A DNA stretch of 63,766 nucleotides, filler included, from Lama guanicoe (Eukaryota), in assembly GCA_013239625.1 (NCBI GenBank). It is 76 parts of 75 records of this genome, joined end to end, with 100 filler letters (N's around TTAATTAATTAA, not from the genome) between each part and the next. Parts side by side here need not be neighbours in the genome. Positions count along the whole stretch, not along the records: positions 23,649 to 24,439 come from MU054954.1; positions 24,540 to 26,090 come from MU054955.1; positions 26,191 to 27,056 come from MU054956.1; positions 27,157 to 27,746 come from PNXV01011049.1; positions 27,847 to 28,833 come from PNXV01011050.1; positions 28,934 to 29,461 come from MU054959.1; positions 29,562 to 30,370 come from MU054961.1; positions 30,471 to 31,277 come from MU054965.1; 68 more parts are not named here. One strand, 5' to 3'. The position numbers and the translations under genes are program-made. Shown piece by piece: positions 23,649 to 36,012 of the stretch. How positions within the stretch are numbered: the stretch's first letter is position 1; every line of letters starts with the position of its first letter. The notes under the pieces are model-generated. The model made no database searches and was not told where the DNA came from. It saw only the letters and a list, made by a program, of their open reading frames with translations.

Positions 23649-24439
23649 TTCCGGAATCCTGAGCGTGGGTAGGTTCCACCAACGGTCGGCAGGGCGTATG
23701 TTCTAACGGAATGCCTTAGCTCGTCTCCCCTGGGATTTTTCCTAATGTCCCTCTGCCAGGGAATGCTAGGGTGGTTTGCAGGAAATCCCAGTGAAAGAGG
23801 CTGCCTCCCCAATGTCAGGGAAGTTATTTATCGGACTACCCCGTTCAGGGAACACCTGTGACTGAAGAGAGCTGCGTGGAGTTGTCTCTCGAGCTCCCCN
23901 NNNNNNNNNNNNNNNNNNNNNNNNNNNNNNNNNNNNNNNNNNNNNNNNNNNNNNNNNNNNNNNNNNNNNNNNNNNNNNNNNNNNNNNNNNNNNNNNNNNN
24001 NNNNNNNNNNNNNNNNNNNNNNNNNNNNNNNNNNNNNNNNNNNNNNNNNNNNNNNNNNNNNNNNNNNNNNNNNNNNNNNNNNNNNNNNNNNNNNNNNNNN
24101 NNNNNNNNNNNNTCCCCCTAACAGGGAACACCTGTGACTGAAGAGAGCTGCGTGGAGTTGTCTCTCGAGCTTCCCATGCACTGACAATGTTTAGGGAATC
24201 ATGAGCATGGGGAGGTTCCACCAACGGTCGGCAGCGCGTGGGTTTAATAGAATGCGAAAGCTCGTCTCCCCTGGGTTTTTTCCTAACTTCTCTGTGCCAG
24301 GGAATGCTAGGAGGGTTTGCAGGCAATCCCAGTGAAAGATGCTAGCTTCCCAACGTCAGGGAAGGTTTTTCTCGGACTTCCCCGTTCATAGAACCCCTGT
24401 GACTGAAGACAGCTGCGTGGAGTTGTCTCTCGATCTCCC
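23649..24439 (-). repeat. ~267-bp satellite, CCCTGGG(T)nCCTAA variant
   Basis: Monomer motifs with CCCTGGG(A/T)TTTTTCCTAA replacing CCCTGAGGGTTTTCCTAA. Confidence 0.92.
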
Positions 24440-24539
24440 NNNNNNNNNNNNNNNNNNNNNNNNNNNNNNNNNNNNNNNNNNNNTTAATTAATTAANNNNN
24501 NNNNNNNNNNNNNNNNNNNNNNNNNNNNNNNNNNNNNNN

Positions 24540-26090
24540 AGCATGTGGAGAGACGTTCATTGATCCAGCACTAAAGAAACGGTTTGATAAGGAAACACTT
24601 ACTCTGGGATCTCAGTCTGTCTCCTAGTGCTGGTTGTAATTTCTTGCACTTTTCACTGTAAAACCAGGTTGGAGCTTGAACTTCCCAATGTATATGTATG
24701 TAGTGGGTGGAAAACTGAAATNNNNNNNNNNNNNNNNNNNNNNNNNNNNNNNNNNNNNNNNNNNNNNNNNNNNNNNNNNNNNNNNNNNNNNNNNNNNNNN
24801 NNNNNNNNNNNNNNNNNNNNNNNNNNNNNNNNNNNNNNNNNNNNNNNNNNNNNNNNNNNNNNNNNNNNNNNNNNNNNNNNNNNNNNNNNNNNNNNNNNNN
24901 NNNNNNNNNNNNNNNNNNNNNNNNNNNNNNNNNNNNNNNNNNNNNNNNNNNNNNNNNNNNNNNNNNNNNNNNNNNNNNNNNNNNNNNNNNNNNNNNNNNN
25001 NNNNNNNNNNNNNNNNNNNNNNNNNNNNNNNNNNNNNNNNNNNNNNNNNNNNNNNNNNNNNNNNNNNNNNNNNNNNNNNNNNNNNNNNNNNNNNNNNNNN
25101 NNNNNNNNNNNNNNNNNNNNNNNNNNNNNNNNNNNNNNNNNNNNNNNNNNNNNNNNNNNNNNNNNNNNNNNNNNNNNNNNNNNNNNNNNNNNNNNNNNNN
25201 NNNNNNNNNNNNNNNNNNNNNNNNNNNNNNNNNNNNNNNNNNNNNNNNNNNNNNNNNNNNNNNNNNNNNNNNNNNNNNNNNNNNNNNNNNNNNNNNNNNN
25301 NNNNNNNNNNNNNNNNNNNNNNNNNNNNNNNNNNNNNNNNNNNNNNNNNNNNNNNNNNNNNNNNNNNNNNNNNNNNNNNNNNNNNNNNNNNNNNNNNNNN
25401 NNNNNNNNNNNNNNNNNNNNNNNNNNNNNNNNNNNNNNNNNNNNNNNNNNNNNNNNNNNNNNNNNNNNNNNNNNNNNNNNNNNNNNNNNNCCTAGGTGAA
25501 GGACAGCTTTAACAAACACTTATCGCTCAGAAGTGAGCATGTGGAGAAAGGTTCTTTGATCCAGCACTAAAAGAACGGGATGTAAGAGAAACACATACAC
25601 TGGGTTCTCAGTCTGTTTCCTAGTGCCGGTTTGAAGTGCCTGCAGTTTTCCCTGTAAAACTGATTTGGACATTTACCACCCTTTATATATGTATGTATTG
25701 TTTTAGCAACTAAAAAGAAACTTTGTGTTCTCTTCAAGCTAGGTGAAGGACAGCTTTAACAAACACTTATCGCGCAGAAGTGAGCATGTGGAGAGACATT
25801 TGTTTATCCAGCACAAAGTGAACGGGTTGCAGAAGAAAATATTACTTTGGTTTCTCAGTCTATTTCCTTGTGCCGGTGTTAATTTCCTGCAGTTTTCCCT
25901 GTAAAACTGATTTGGACATTTACCACCCTTTATATATGTATGTATTGTTTTAGCAACTAAAAAGAAACTTTGTGTTCTCTTCAAGCTAGGTGAAGGACAG
26001 CTTTCACAAGCACTTATGCCTCAGAACTTAGTATGTTGAGGGACGTTCTTTGATACAGCACTGAAAGAATGGGTTGAAAGTGAAACACTT
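24540..26090 (-). repeat. ~247-bp variant of the 249-bp satellite (reverse orientation)
   Basis: CTAGGTGAAGGACAGCTTT at 25492, 25739 and 25986 (period 247); TTTCTCAGTCTGTTTCCTAGTGCCGGTTTGAAGT is the reverse complement of the family core. Confidence 0.92.
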
Positions 26091-26522
26091 NNNNNNNNNN
26101 NNNNNNNNNNNNNNNNNNNNNNNNNNNNNNNNNNTTAATTAATTAANNNNNNNNNNNNNNNNNNNNNNNNNNNNNNNNNNNNNNNNNNNNATTCAATTCG
26201 GTTTTTACGTTACTACTAAACAGCTCAGAATGTATAAAACAATTTAATTGTGCTGTTTGTTTACATATTTATTCACATTCAGCCTCTTGCTAAAGAGAAT
26301 TTAAACAATTCTTTTAAAAACAGCTTAACAACCTTAACAACAAAAAGGCAAACCTGAGAATGAAGAGAAAATGGANNNNNNNNNNNNNNNNNNNNNNNNN
26401 NNNNNNNNNNNNNNNNNNNNNNNNNNNNNNNNNNNGATTCCATGAAGTCAGGGCAAGTGTTAAGGCTGACTAGAAATTCAGCTGTAGGATTCATGGCAGC
26501 GAAACCAAAAAGAAAAGATGAT

Positions 26523-26650
26523 GGGGCGGGTGGTAGAGCATGTGCTTAGCGTGCACGGGGTCCTGGGTTGAAGCCACAGTGCCTCCACTAACAGATAAAT
26601 ACATCTAAATACCTGCCCCCCAAAAAGATCACCAAAGAAAAGAAAAAGAG
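26523..26650 (+). mobile_element. Diverged tRNA-Ala-derived (vic-1-like) SINE
   Basis: GTGGTAGAGCATGTGCTTAGCGTGCACGGGGTCCTGGGTTGAAGCC, then a C-run and A-rich tail as in 10720-10848. Confidence 0.8.
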
Positions 26651-26738
26651 AAATATCTTTCCCAAAGAACCCTGATATTAAATTTGGATTAAATATTTAA
26701 AAAAAGAAAAAAAGAAAAATATAAAAGATAAGTGACAA

Positions 26739-27056
26739 TGTGAAGGAAAACCACAGCTGGGCTAACAAGCTAAGTCACAAATCTAAGTGTGATAAGTGTC
26801 GGTTTACTGATCTAAGTTTTGCTGGGCTACCTGGTAAGTCTGAAGTTTAGTGTCAGTTTACTGGGCTAATAAGCTAACCCGAAAATCCAAGGTCAACATT
26901 TCTCAGTAACGTGATCTGTTCCAAATTGATAAGCTTCAGTGTACTGATTCCTTGCTTTTTGTTGTTTGAGCCTTATTGGCTAATAGCCCCATACTTGTAA
27001 TTAACCTTATAAAACATCATGTGCACGTCTTGGAGGTGCTCAGAGCTTTGGAAAAG
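26739..27056 (+). mobile_element. Probable ERV LTR (U3 part)
   Basis: Starts TGTGAAGG. Has internal repeats CTGGGCTAACAAGCTAA/CTGGGCTAATAAGCTAA and a TATAAAA box near 27008. Confidence 0.55.
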
Positions 27057-27156
27057 NNNNNNNNNNNNNNNNNNNNNNNNNNNNNNNNNNNNNNNNNNNN
27101 TTAATTAATTAANNNNNNNNNNNNNNNNNNNNNNNNNNNNNNNNNNNNNNNNNNNN

Positions 27157-27746
27157 TCTATAAGTGGAAAATTTACATCTAGGCACGTGTACACATTTTC
27201 ACAAGGCCACCTAACACCAGTTTCGAATTCGTGCATTTTTCACAGAAAAATTCTTCTGGAGCGATTTCATCCTAACAGATATGTAATTTACATAAATTCC
27301 TTCAACATGGAATTCCAGGTTCCGTACATGCTACATGCATGACGGATGCGACAAACATGAGGTTCTGAGTTGTGAGTATGTTGATTAGTGTCCTTTCATC
27401 CAGCAAACAAGGCATATATACCCTTTGAAATATTTACTATGACTTCATAGGTTTTTTCTATCACCAGGTTCTTATATCGGACATTTGGCACCAGAAAACA
27501 CTCTTTCAGAGAATTCTCACCAATACACATGTAATTAACATTGTTTACATAACCATGGCATTGTGTATTCTGAACATGATTCATGCACCACGGATTCCTC
27601 AAACATGCATTTCTGAGTTGTCAACATGCGCATGACTGATGTTTCCACCACCAAACAAGTTACCTATGCACTTTGAGATATTTACTTAGTCACTTCATAG
27701 CTTCTTCCTGTCACCAGTTTTAAGAATCACACTTTGATCACAGAAG
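27157..27746 (-). repeat. Highly diverged ~248-bp tandem repeat, apparently related to the 249-bp satellite
   Basis: AAACATG...TTCTGAGTTGT at 27353 and 27601 (period 248). GTGAGTATGTTGA..CTTTCATCCAGCA aligns with GTGAGCATGTGGA..CTTTGATCCAGCA in the first 25.5-kb monomer. Confidence 0.75.
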
Positions 27747-27846
27747 NNNNNNNNNNNNNNNNNNNNNNNNNNNNNNNNNNNNNNNNNNNNTTAATTAATT
27801 AANNNNNNNNNNNNNNNNNNNNNNNNNNNNNNNNNNNNNNNNNNNN

Positions 27847-28833
27847 TTTCTTTTGAATAATCATGGTTCCCTTGTTATATGTCAGCCAACCGTACACTTT
27901 TTGTGCTTGTTTGTTGGTTTGATTTCTGTTGGTCGGCTTCTTGCTTGTTTTGCAAACACGTCAGGCCATGCATCCCTCCTTTCACTTCAAACCGAGAGTA
28001 AAATAAGCTGATTCACTTAAGAGAGTGCTTCCAATCACCTATGATTTCCTGCTTCCCTCTCCCATTTTTATGGTTTTGATGTCCTCCTTACCTTCTTCTT
28101 TTTTCTTCTTTGCCACTCATGCTCTTCTTACATTTCCAATAATGGTTTCTTCTTTCCATTTCATCTTGCTGGTTTTCTATTCAGGGTAGTTTTCTCAAAC
28201 ATTCTTGTAGGATAAGTTTTGAACTGCTGTATTCTTTTAAGATTTGCCGGTTTGTGGAATTCTCTAGTTCAGCTGTTATTAGAAATGTTGTTCATTTGGC
28301 ATAGGCTACCATTGGTGGCAGCATTTGGCCATATTTGGCCATTCAGGATATGGTCTGTGTCCTGGCACTCCTCCCTCTCCTGCAATATTGCTGCCGAGAT
28401 ATCATCTGAAACCCCTCTGGAGGATCCCTTGTGACTATGTTGTTTCCTCCAGGTGCATTTTAAATCTCTGGGATATTCGTGAACTTTGTTGATTTGAATC
28501 ATACAGCTGCTGGTATGTCTATTGTCATTCCACCTCTTTTGGATGCTGTGTAATTCCTGAACTCGATTATATGATTCTTTCTTGGCTTTCAGCAAGTTTC
28601 AGACTGATTTTTCTACAGATATATCTTCAGACATTTTTGTTTCTTTATCTCTTGCTTTTCCAAGTGGGACTCTTATGAATTCTAGTTTTTCATGCCTTGC
28701 CTTAACCCAGGATTCAACAGCAATATTTTCATTGGTTTGCACTTCATTTCCTTTGTCCGCTTCTGACCGAGGGGTTTCTGATCAAGGGTTTTCTGTTCCC
28801 CTGTCTTCACAGTCATTCACGCGTCCCTCTGCA
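27847..28833 (-). mobile_element. Decayed L1 ORF1 region
   Basis: Minus-strand peptide LKCTWRKQHSHKGSSRGVSDDISAAILQEREEC aligns with L1 ORF1p LKAAREKQ.VTYKG.PIRLSADFSAETLQARREW. Confidence 0.75.
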
Positions 28834-29561
28834 NNNNNNNNNNNNNNNNNNNNNNNNNNNNNNNNNNNNNNNNNNNNTTAATTAATTAANNNNNNNNNNN
28901 NNNNNNNNNNNNNNNNNNNNNNNNNNNNNNNNNGTGCCATTTACTTTGCTTTGCCTTCATAAAGGGGCAGAAGTGGGTCTTAAATCCATGCCACTCTTTT
29001 GTTCCCTTTACGAGGCTGGTTTTTCTGAATATCAGGATAACATGGCCTTCTCCTCAGTAACTGGCTCACCTGGATCTCGTGGACACAGGGACCGCTAAAG
29101 GGGACCGTAACTTCCTGTCTGCTTCAGCTATAGTGGACATTCAGAACCGGGTCTGTGGTTTGCCTCAGCAGCCGTGCAGGCCTCCCTGCCGCGGCCTTTA
29201 CTTGTAACCCATGGTGGCAGAAAATAGCTGACTCCGTGTCTGTTGCAGCTGACGTCCACCACTGTCGGCCTTGTCGTAGGTTTGCGGTAGTGAGTCTCCG
29301 ACACCTCAGTCAGCCGTGAAGGAAGATGCTTTGGCCGACCTAGGACCTTGGATTCTCACACCCACCCTGGTTCATCTCACTCGGTGGAAGGGTTTGGCTA
29401 CCACCATCATGTTGACCATGAGGCCATGTTTGTCCTTTCATGCTCTGGTCCAAATGTGGACNNNNNNNNNNNNNNNNNNNNNNNNNNNNNNNNNNNNNNN
29501 NNNNNTTAATTAATTAANNNNNNNNNNNNNNNNNNNNNNNNNNNNNNNNNNNNNNNNNNNN

Positions 29562-29775
29562 TTGTGGAATCCGGTCCATGCCACAGGGAAGCAGGGCTTT
29601 TAACCTCCGGGAACCAAATCCATCACGGTATGGATCCAGGGTGAAACTTCCATGTTAAATCACCTGGCGCTCCCTTCTTGTGCTGAAATGCCCTCCCCTG
29701 TCGATGGCATTAGGTCGTATTAGAAGTCCCGACTTGCTTGTCCTTAGCTAAGACTCTGAGCCTCTTGCTCAGTCT
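29562..29775 (-). repeat. Unidentified multi-copy segment, paralogous to 62698-62907 in reverse orientation
   Basis: GAAGTCCCGACTTGCTTGTCCTTAGCTAAGACTCTGAGCCT and its flanks match the reverse complement of the 62.7-kb scaffold. Confidence 0.85.
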
Positions 29776-30470
29776 NNNNNNNNNNNNNNNNNNNNNNNNN
29801 NNNNNNNNNNNNNNNNNNNNNNNNNNNNNNNNNNNNNNNNNNNNNNNNNNNNNNNNNNNNNNNNNNNNNNNNNNNNNNNNNNNNNNNNNNNNNNNNNNNN
29901 NNNNNNNNNNNNNNNNNNNNNNNNNNNNNNNNNNNNNNNNNNNNNNNNNNNNNNNNNNNNNNNNNNNNNNNNNNNNNNNNNNNNNNNNNNNNNNNNNNNN
30001 NNNNNNNNNNNNNNNNNNNNNNNNNNNNNNNNNNNNNNNNNNNNNNNNNNNNNNNNNNNNNNNNNNNNNNNNNNNNNNNNNNNNNNNNNNNNNNNNNNNN
30101 NNNNNNNNNNNNNNNNNNNNNNNNNNNNNNNNNNNNNNNNNNNNNNNNNNNNNNNNNNNNNNNNNNNNNNNTTATAGATTATCACCATTTCTGTTGAGGA
30201 CACTCCTACTTGCTAATCTTGAATACAAGTATCTTTGATTCTCTTAATCTATTTCATTCCTGAGTTTCCTGTTCCTGAATTTAAAGAGTGAATTATGGAC
30301 ACATATATTTAAGATTCTCTCATTATATTTCTCTGACTCATCCTCTAACCAAATCATATCTGGAGAAGAGNNNNNNNNNNNNNNNNNNNNNNNNNNNNNN
30401 NNNNNNNNNNNNNNTTAATTAATTAANNNNNNNNNNNNNNNNNNNNNNNNNNNNNNNNNNNNNNNNNNNN

Positions 30471-31277
30471 ACACTCAATATTCTGTATACTGTATTCTAT
30501 ATTCTAAATTCCGGGTTCTTCATTCTATATTTTCAATCTATATTCTGTATTCTGAACTCTATATTATTAATTCTCTGTTCTAAATTCCATGTTCTCAATT
30601 CTGGGTTCTGTAGTCTGCATTTTATATACTGTGTTCTACATTATATATTCTACATTCTATATTCTGAATTCTGTATACTAAATTCTGTGTTCTTCATTCC
30701 ATGTTCCAAATTCNNNNNNNNNNNNNNNNNNNNNNNNNNNNNNNNNNNNNNNNNNNNNNNNNNNNNNNNNNNNNNNNNNNNNNNNNNNNNNNNNNNNNNN
30801 NNNNNNNNNNNNNNNNNNNNNNNNNNNNNNNNNNNNNNNNNNNNNNNNNNNNNNNNNNNNNNNNNNNNNNNNNNNNNNNNNNNNNNNNNNNNNNNNNNNN
30901 NNNNNNNNNNNNNNNNNNNNNNNNNNNNNNNNNNNNNNNNNNNNNNNNNNNNNNNNNNNNNNNNNNNNNNNNNNNNNNNNNNNNNNNNNNNNNNNNNNNN
31001 NNNNNNNNNNNNNNTTTTATATGCTGAATTCTGTATTCTACATTCGAAAGTCTGTGTTCTACATTCTAAACTCTGCAATCTATATTCTGTATACTGTACT
31101 GAATATTCTAATTTCTCTGTTTTGAATTCCATGTTCTAATTTCTGGGTTCTGTAGTTTGTATTTTATATTCTATATTTTGTGTACTACCAACTGTATTCT
31201 ACATTCTATATTGTATATTCTGTATTCAGCTTTTAAATTCTTTGTTCTGAATTCCATGTTCTTAATTCTGTGTTCTC
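30471..31277 (-). repeat. AT-rich 7-bp-periodic satellite, more diverged
   Basis: TTCTATA/TTCTAAA/TTCTGTG/TTCCATG units. Confidence 0.9.
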
Positions 31278-31774
31278 NNNNNNNNNNNNNNNNNNNNNNN
31301 NNNNNNNNNNNNNNNNNNNNNTTAATTAATTAANNNNNNNNNNNNNNNNNNNNNNNNNNNNNNNNNNNNNNNNNNNNAAACACCAGTCTCTCAAGAATTT
31401 GGCTCTGTCTTCCCAGAGGGTGGGTGTCATAAGTGAAATGCAGTGAGTGATGAAGTAAGAGCTCTTTGTCTCTGGTACTGCCTTTTCCACCCTTGCTGTG
31501 TTAACTTGATCTTCCCTTCATATATTATGTTCTCCATTTAATTTGCTGCAGTTAATATCAGTTGTTCTTCAACATACCNNNNNNNNNNNNNNNNNNNNNN
31601 NNNNNNNNNNNNNNNNNNNNNNNGCTCTCCAGGACCAGGCCTGTCTCCCCACACCCTCACCTCTGTTCTGTCTGCCCACCACCTGCACAGATATTTCCTT
31701 AACTCTGCAGAATTAACTTTCCAAAATGGCAGCTGAGTAACTGGGGGGGATTGTAGACCTCTCATCCCTTTACT

Positions 31775-32182
31775 GATTCATTCACTTATCTATCCAACAA
31801 ACAGTGAGCACCTGCTATGCCAAACACTGTATCAACTGCTGGGGAGACCAAGACAGGTAAGACTTGGTGTCTGCACTCCCCAGGCCAGGCGAGACTTGGC
31901 GAGTAGTTGATGGATTGCTAAGCAGGTGAACACAAATTGGACTTCCTAGAGCTGAAAATATTTGAACTGAATCTTGAAAGGTGAAAGGAAGTTAGATCTC
32001 TATTGTGTGGTAGAGGGAGTGGACACTTCATGCAGAGAGGTAGAGACATATAAGAGTACACGGCATGAAGCGGCTTGGCCAGACTGAAGAACAAGTAGGG
32101 TTAGAAAAAAGTATCCAAGTTGGGAGTATCTGATGCACAAGGCCTCTGTCACGATGGGTCTTGTGTGCTTAGACTTTAATGT
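31775..32182 (-). mobile_element. L2 3' remnant
   Basis: TTCATTCA...CAACAAACAGTGAGCACCTGCTATGCCAAACACTGT...CTGGGGA. Confidence 0.65.
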
Positions 32183-32282
32183 NNNNNNNNNNNNNNNNNN
32201 NNNNNNNNNNNNNNNNNNNNNNNNNNTTAATTAATTAANNNNNNNNNNNNNNNNNNNNNNNNNNNNNNNNNNNNNNNNNNNN

Positions 32283-33306
32283 TTCTGCATTCCATGTTCT
32301 AAATTCTGGGATCTGTATTATGTTTTCCCTAACCTAAATTCTGTGTTCTATATTCAATATTGTGCATTCTATATTCTACATTCCGTATTCTATATTGTCT
32401 ATTCTGTGTCCTACGTTCTATAATCTAAATTCTTTATTCAGTATTCTATATTCTATATACTGTGTTCTACATTCTATATTCTTAATTCTATATTCAGAAA
32501 TCTGTATTCTATTTTCGTTATTCTGTGTTCTGCCTTCCATGTTTTATATTCTGGGTTCTATATTCTCTATTCTATATTCTATATTCTGTGTTCTACATTG
32601 TATATTATAAATTCTATATTCAGTATTCTGTATTCTTTATTCTAAATTCTGTGTTCTAAATTTCATGTTCNNNNNNNNNNNNNNNNNNNNNNNNNNNNNN
32701 NNNNNNNNNNNNNNNNNNNNNNNNNNNNNNNNNNNNNNNNNNNNNNNNNNNNNNNNNNNNNNNNNNNNNNNNNNNNNNNNNNNNNNNNNNNNNNNNNNNN
32801 NNNNNNNNNNNNNNNNNNNNNNNNNNNNNNNNNNNNNNNNNNNNNNNNNNNNNNNNNNNNNNNNNNNNNNNNNNNNNNNNNNNNNNNNNNNNNNNNNNNN
32901 NNNNNNNNNNNNNNNNNNNNNNNNNNNNNNNNNNNNNNNNNNNNNNNNNNNNNNNNNNNNNNNNNNNNNNNNNNNNNNNNNNNNNNNNNNNNNNNNNNNN
33001 NNNNNNNNNNNNNNNNNNNNNNNNNNNNNNNNNNNNNNNNNNNNNNNNNNNNNNNNNNNNNNNNNNNNNNNNNNNNNNNNNNNNNNNNNNNNNNNNNNNN
33101 NNNNNNNNNNNNNNNNNNNNNNNNNNNNNNNNNNNNNNNNNNNNNNNNNNNNNNNNNNNNNNNNNNNNNNNNNNNNNNNNNNNNNNNNNNNNNNNNNNNN
33201 NNNNNNNNNNNNNNNNNNNNNNNNNNNNNNNNNNNNNNNNNNNNNNNNNNNNATCTTTATTCTATATTCAGTATTCTGTATTCTATATTCTAATTTCTGT
33301 GTTCTG
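32283..33306 (-). repeat. AT-rich 7-bp-periodic satellite
   Basis: Same units; internal N gap. Confidence 0.92.
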
Positions 33307-33406
33307 NNNNNNNNNNNNNNNNNNNNNNNNNNNNNNNNNNNNNNNNNNNNTTAATTAATTAANNNNNNNNNNNNNNNNNNNNNNNNNNNNNNNNNNNNNN
33401 NNNNNN

Positions 33407-34196
33407 GTGGGTATTGAGGGAACATAACTCAACATCATGAAAGCTATATATGACAGACCTACAGACAGCATAGCATTAAACGGTGAAAACCTCAAAAGCT
33501 TCTCACTAAATTCTGGGACAAGACAAGGATGCCACTATCACTACTCCTATTCAACATAGACTTGGAAGTCCTGACCATAGCAATCAGGCAAGTAAGAGAA
33601 GTAAAAGGGGTCTAAATTGGAAAAGAAGAGGTAAAAGTGTAACTACATGCAGATGACACGACACTATATATAGAAAACCCTAAAAGGTCCACACCAAAAG
33701 TACTAGAGCTGATTGAAGAATTTAGCAATGTATCAGGTTACAAGATTAATGTTCAAAAATCAGTTGCATTTCTTTACACTAATGATGAATCAACAGAAAA
33801 AGGAAGTAAAGAAATAAAACACTTTAAAATAGCACCCAAAGTAATAAAATTTCTAGGAATAAATCTANNNNNNNNNNNNNNNNNNNNNNNNNNNNNNNNN
33901 NNNNNNNNNNNNNNNNNNNNNNNNNNNNNNNNNNNNNNNNNNNNNNNNNNNNTTAAAAAATGGAAAGGTATCCCATGCTCTTGGATTGAAGGAATCAATA
34001 TTGTTAAAATGGTCACACTGCCCAAGGCAATATACAGATTTAATGCAATCCCTGTAAAATTACCCCAGACATATTTCATAGAACTAGAACAAATCACAAT
34101 AAAATTTATATAGAACCATCAATGACATAGAAATTCCAGGGTATTACTGAAGAATAAAAAGAAAGAGCCTGGAGGAATAACTCTCCCAGACTTCAG
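33407..34196 (+). mobile_element. L1 ORF2 reverse-transcriptase fragment, disabled
   Basis: [49 protein letters not shown] with stops and frameshifts. Confidence 0.93.
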
Positions 34197-36012
34197 NNNN
34201 NNNNNNNNNNNNNNNNNNNNNNNNNNNNNNNNNNNNNNNNTTAATTAATTAANNNNNNNNNNNNNNNNNNNNNNNNNNNNNNNNNNNNNNNNNNNNGCAT
34301 CAAAGGGCCACAGATGCATCTCTTCCCCAGAAGTCCTGATCCGTAAAATTCATCCCACTAAAACCCTTACACACCTATTCAAAGATGCCTTTTCAATGCT
34401 GTTCATCACAGCACTGGTTGAAACAGTCGGAATTAAAGCAACACTAATGTTGATGGAGAGGGGATGGGGTCCATTCGTTCTGGTTCATGTGGATGAAAGA
34501 ATGCTGTGCAGTTGGAAAAATGGGTGCTTGGTCTCAACCCAATATCAAGGGAGGCCTCAGGGTGGAAGTATGCAGACCCACTCTCTGCATCCATGGTCCC
34601 ATCTGCACGACCACATGTGTGTGAAATCAATATAGATGGAAATTTATCTGATTGTGAGTGTGTGAGAGACAGAGATGGAGAGAGACATACTGAGAGACAC
34701 AGAGACTGAGACATAAGCACCAAATCATTCATGACAGACACAGGTGGGAATTACAAATCTCTTCTCTTTTAGGCAATATTTCAATTTTTTGTACTGTGTC
34801 TGTATTACTCTACTAATTCTAAAAGGATTAAAATCATATGCTAATGTGACCCATTCATTACTCATCTATGGAGTAATTAAAGTACATTAATCCTATTTTT
34901 AAAAGAATTTAAAGCCTTCTCAGGACTCAGTTCCTTGTCAGCTCCGTGGCAGCAGAGGTTCTCCAGGAGGTCGTGTCTCTTCTGAATCAGCATCCAATAG
35001 AGGCGAGGAAGAAGTACCCGACTTGGACACTGAAGACTACAATAGATGAGAGTCTGTTGAGAGAAATTAAGACCTACATTCACAGAGAATAATCCCATAT
35101 TCATGGAGCAGAAGGCTTCATTCTACTAAGATGACAATAGTCCACGAGTAGATCTAAGGCTTCAAAGAATGCCTACCCAAATCCCAGGTGGTGTTTTGCA
35201 GGAATTGACNNNNNNNNNNNNNNNNNNNNNNNNNNNNNNNNNNNNNNNNNNNNTTAATTAATTAANNNNNNNNNNNNNNNNNNNNNNNNNNNNNNNNNNN
35301 NNNNNNNNNCTGGGCTCCATGGGGATAGTAGATGTCCTCATCTTTCATGTATCTAAGGTATCATTCAAAATTTGGAAAAGTAATTTACACAGTAGAACAT
35401 ATGTATGAATGTGAAAGCAAGATGAATGAAAGAAAAAGAATATGAGTATCAGGGAGAGAATTCCAAATGGAAAAGACCAATCAGGGAGTTTTGGACATAT
35501 CGAGAAATTGAGGGCTTGTCAATTTCCAATTCTGGTTGCTTCCACCAAAGGTATCGCAGGACCCAACTCCGGGACACATTCGCATTAAATGTTTGGAAAA
35601 AAGAGGAGACTTTGGCAAAAGACCAGCCAGTGGATCGAAAGCAGAGCGATGGGCTGGAGGCCAAGTAAAGCAGGAACACGGGGGAGGAGTGATGGAAGAG
35701 CTGGGTCAAATGCTGCCAAAGGGCCACGCGTGATGAAGACTTAAAACTGACCACTATATTTAGCAACATGGGGTCACTGATGGCCTTGACAGAGCAGTTT
35801 CCATAGAGCAAGGGATCAGGGGAACAGCCAGAGTGGGTGCAAAAGGGGATGGCTCAAGAGAATATGCAGACATTGAGTTTAAACTACTCATTAAAGATTT
35901 GCTGCAAAGACANNNNNNNNNNNNNNNNNNNNNNNNNNNNNNNNNNNNNNNNNNNNTTAATTAATTAANNNNNNNNNNNNNNNNNNNNNNNNNNNNNNNN
36001 NNNNNNNNNNNN

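Noticed and set aside
22569..25519. Long ORFs of ~280-320 aa
   Set aside because: They are almost entirely X from N gaps.
28934..29461. Minus-strand ..GAGATCCAG|GTGAG resembling a homeobox RIQ| donor, and a perfect Kozak GCCACCATGG
   Set aside because: The upstream frame is not homeodomain-like, and the ATG ORF stops after four codons.
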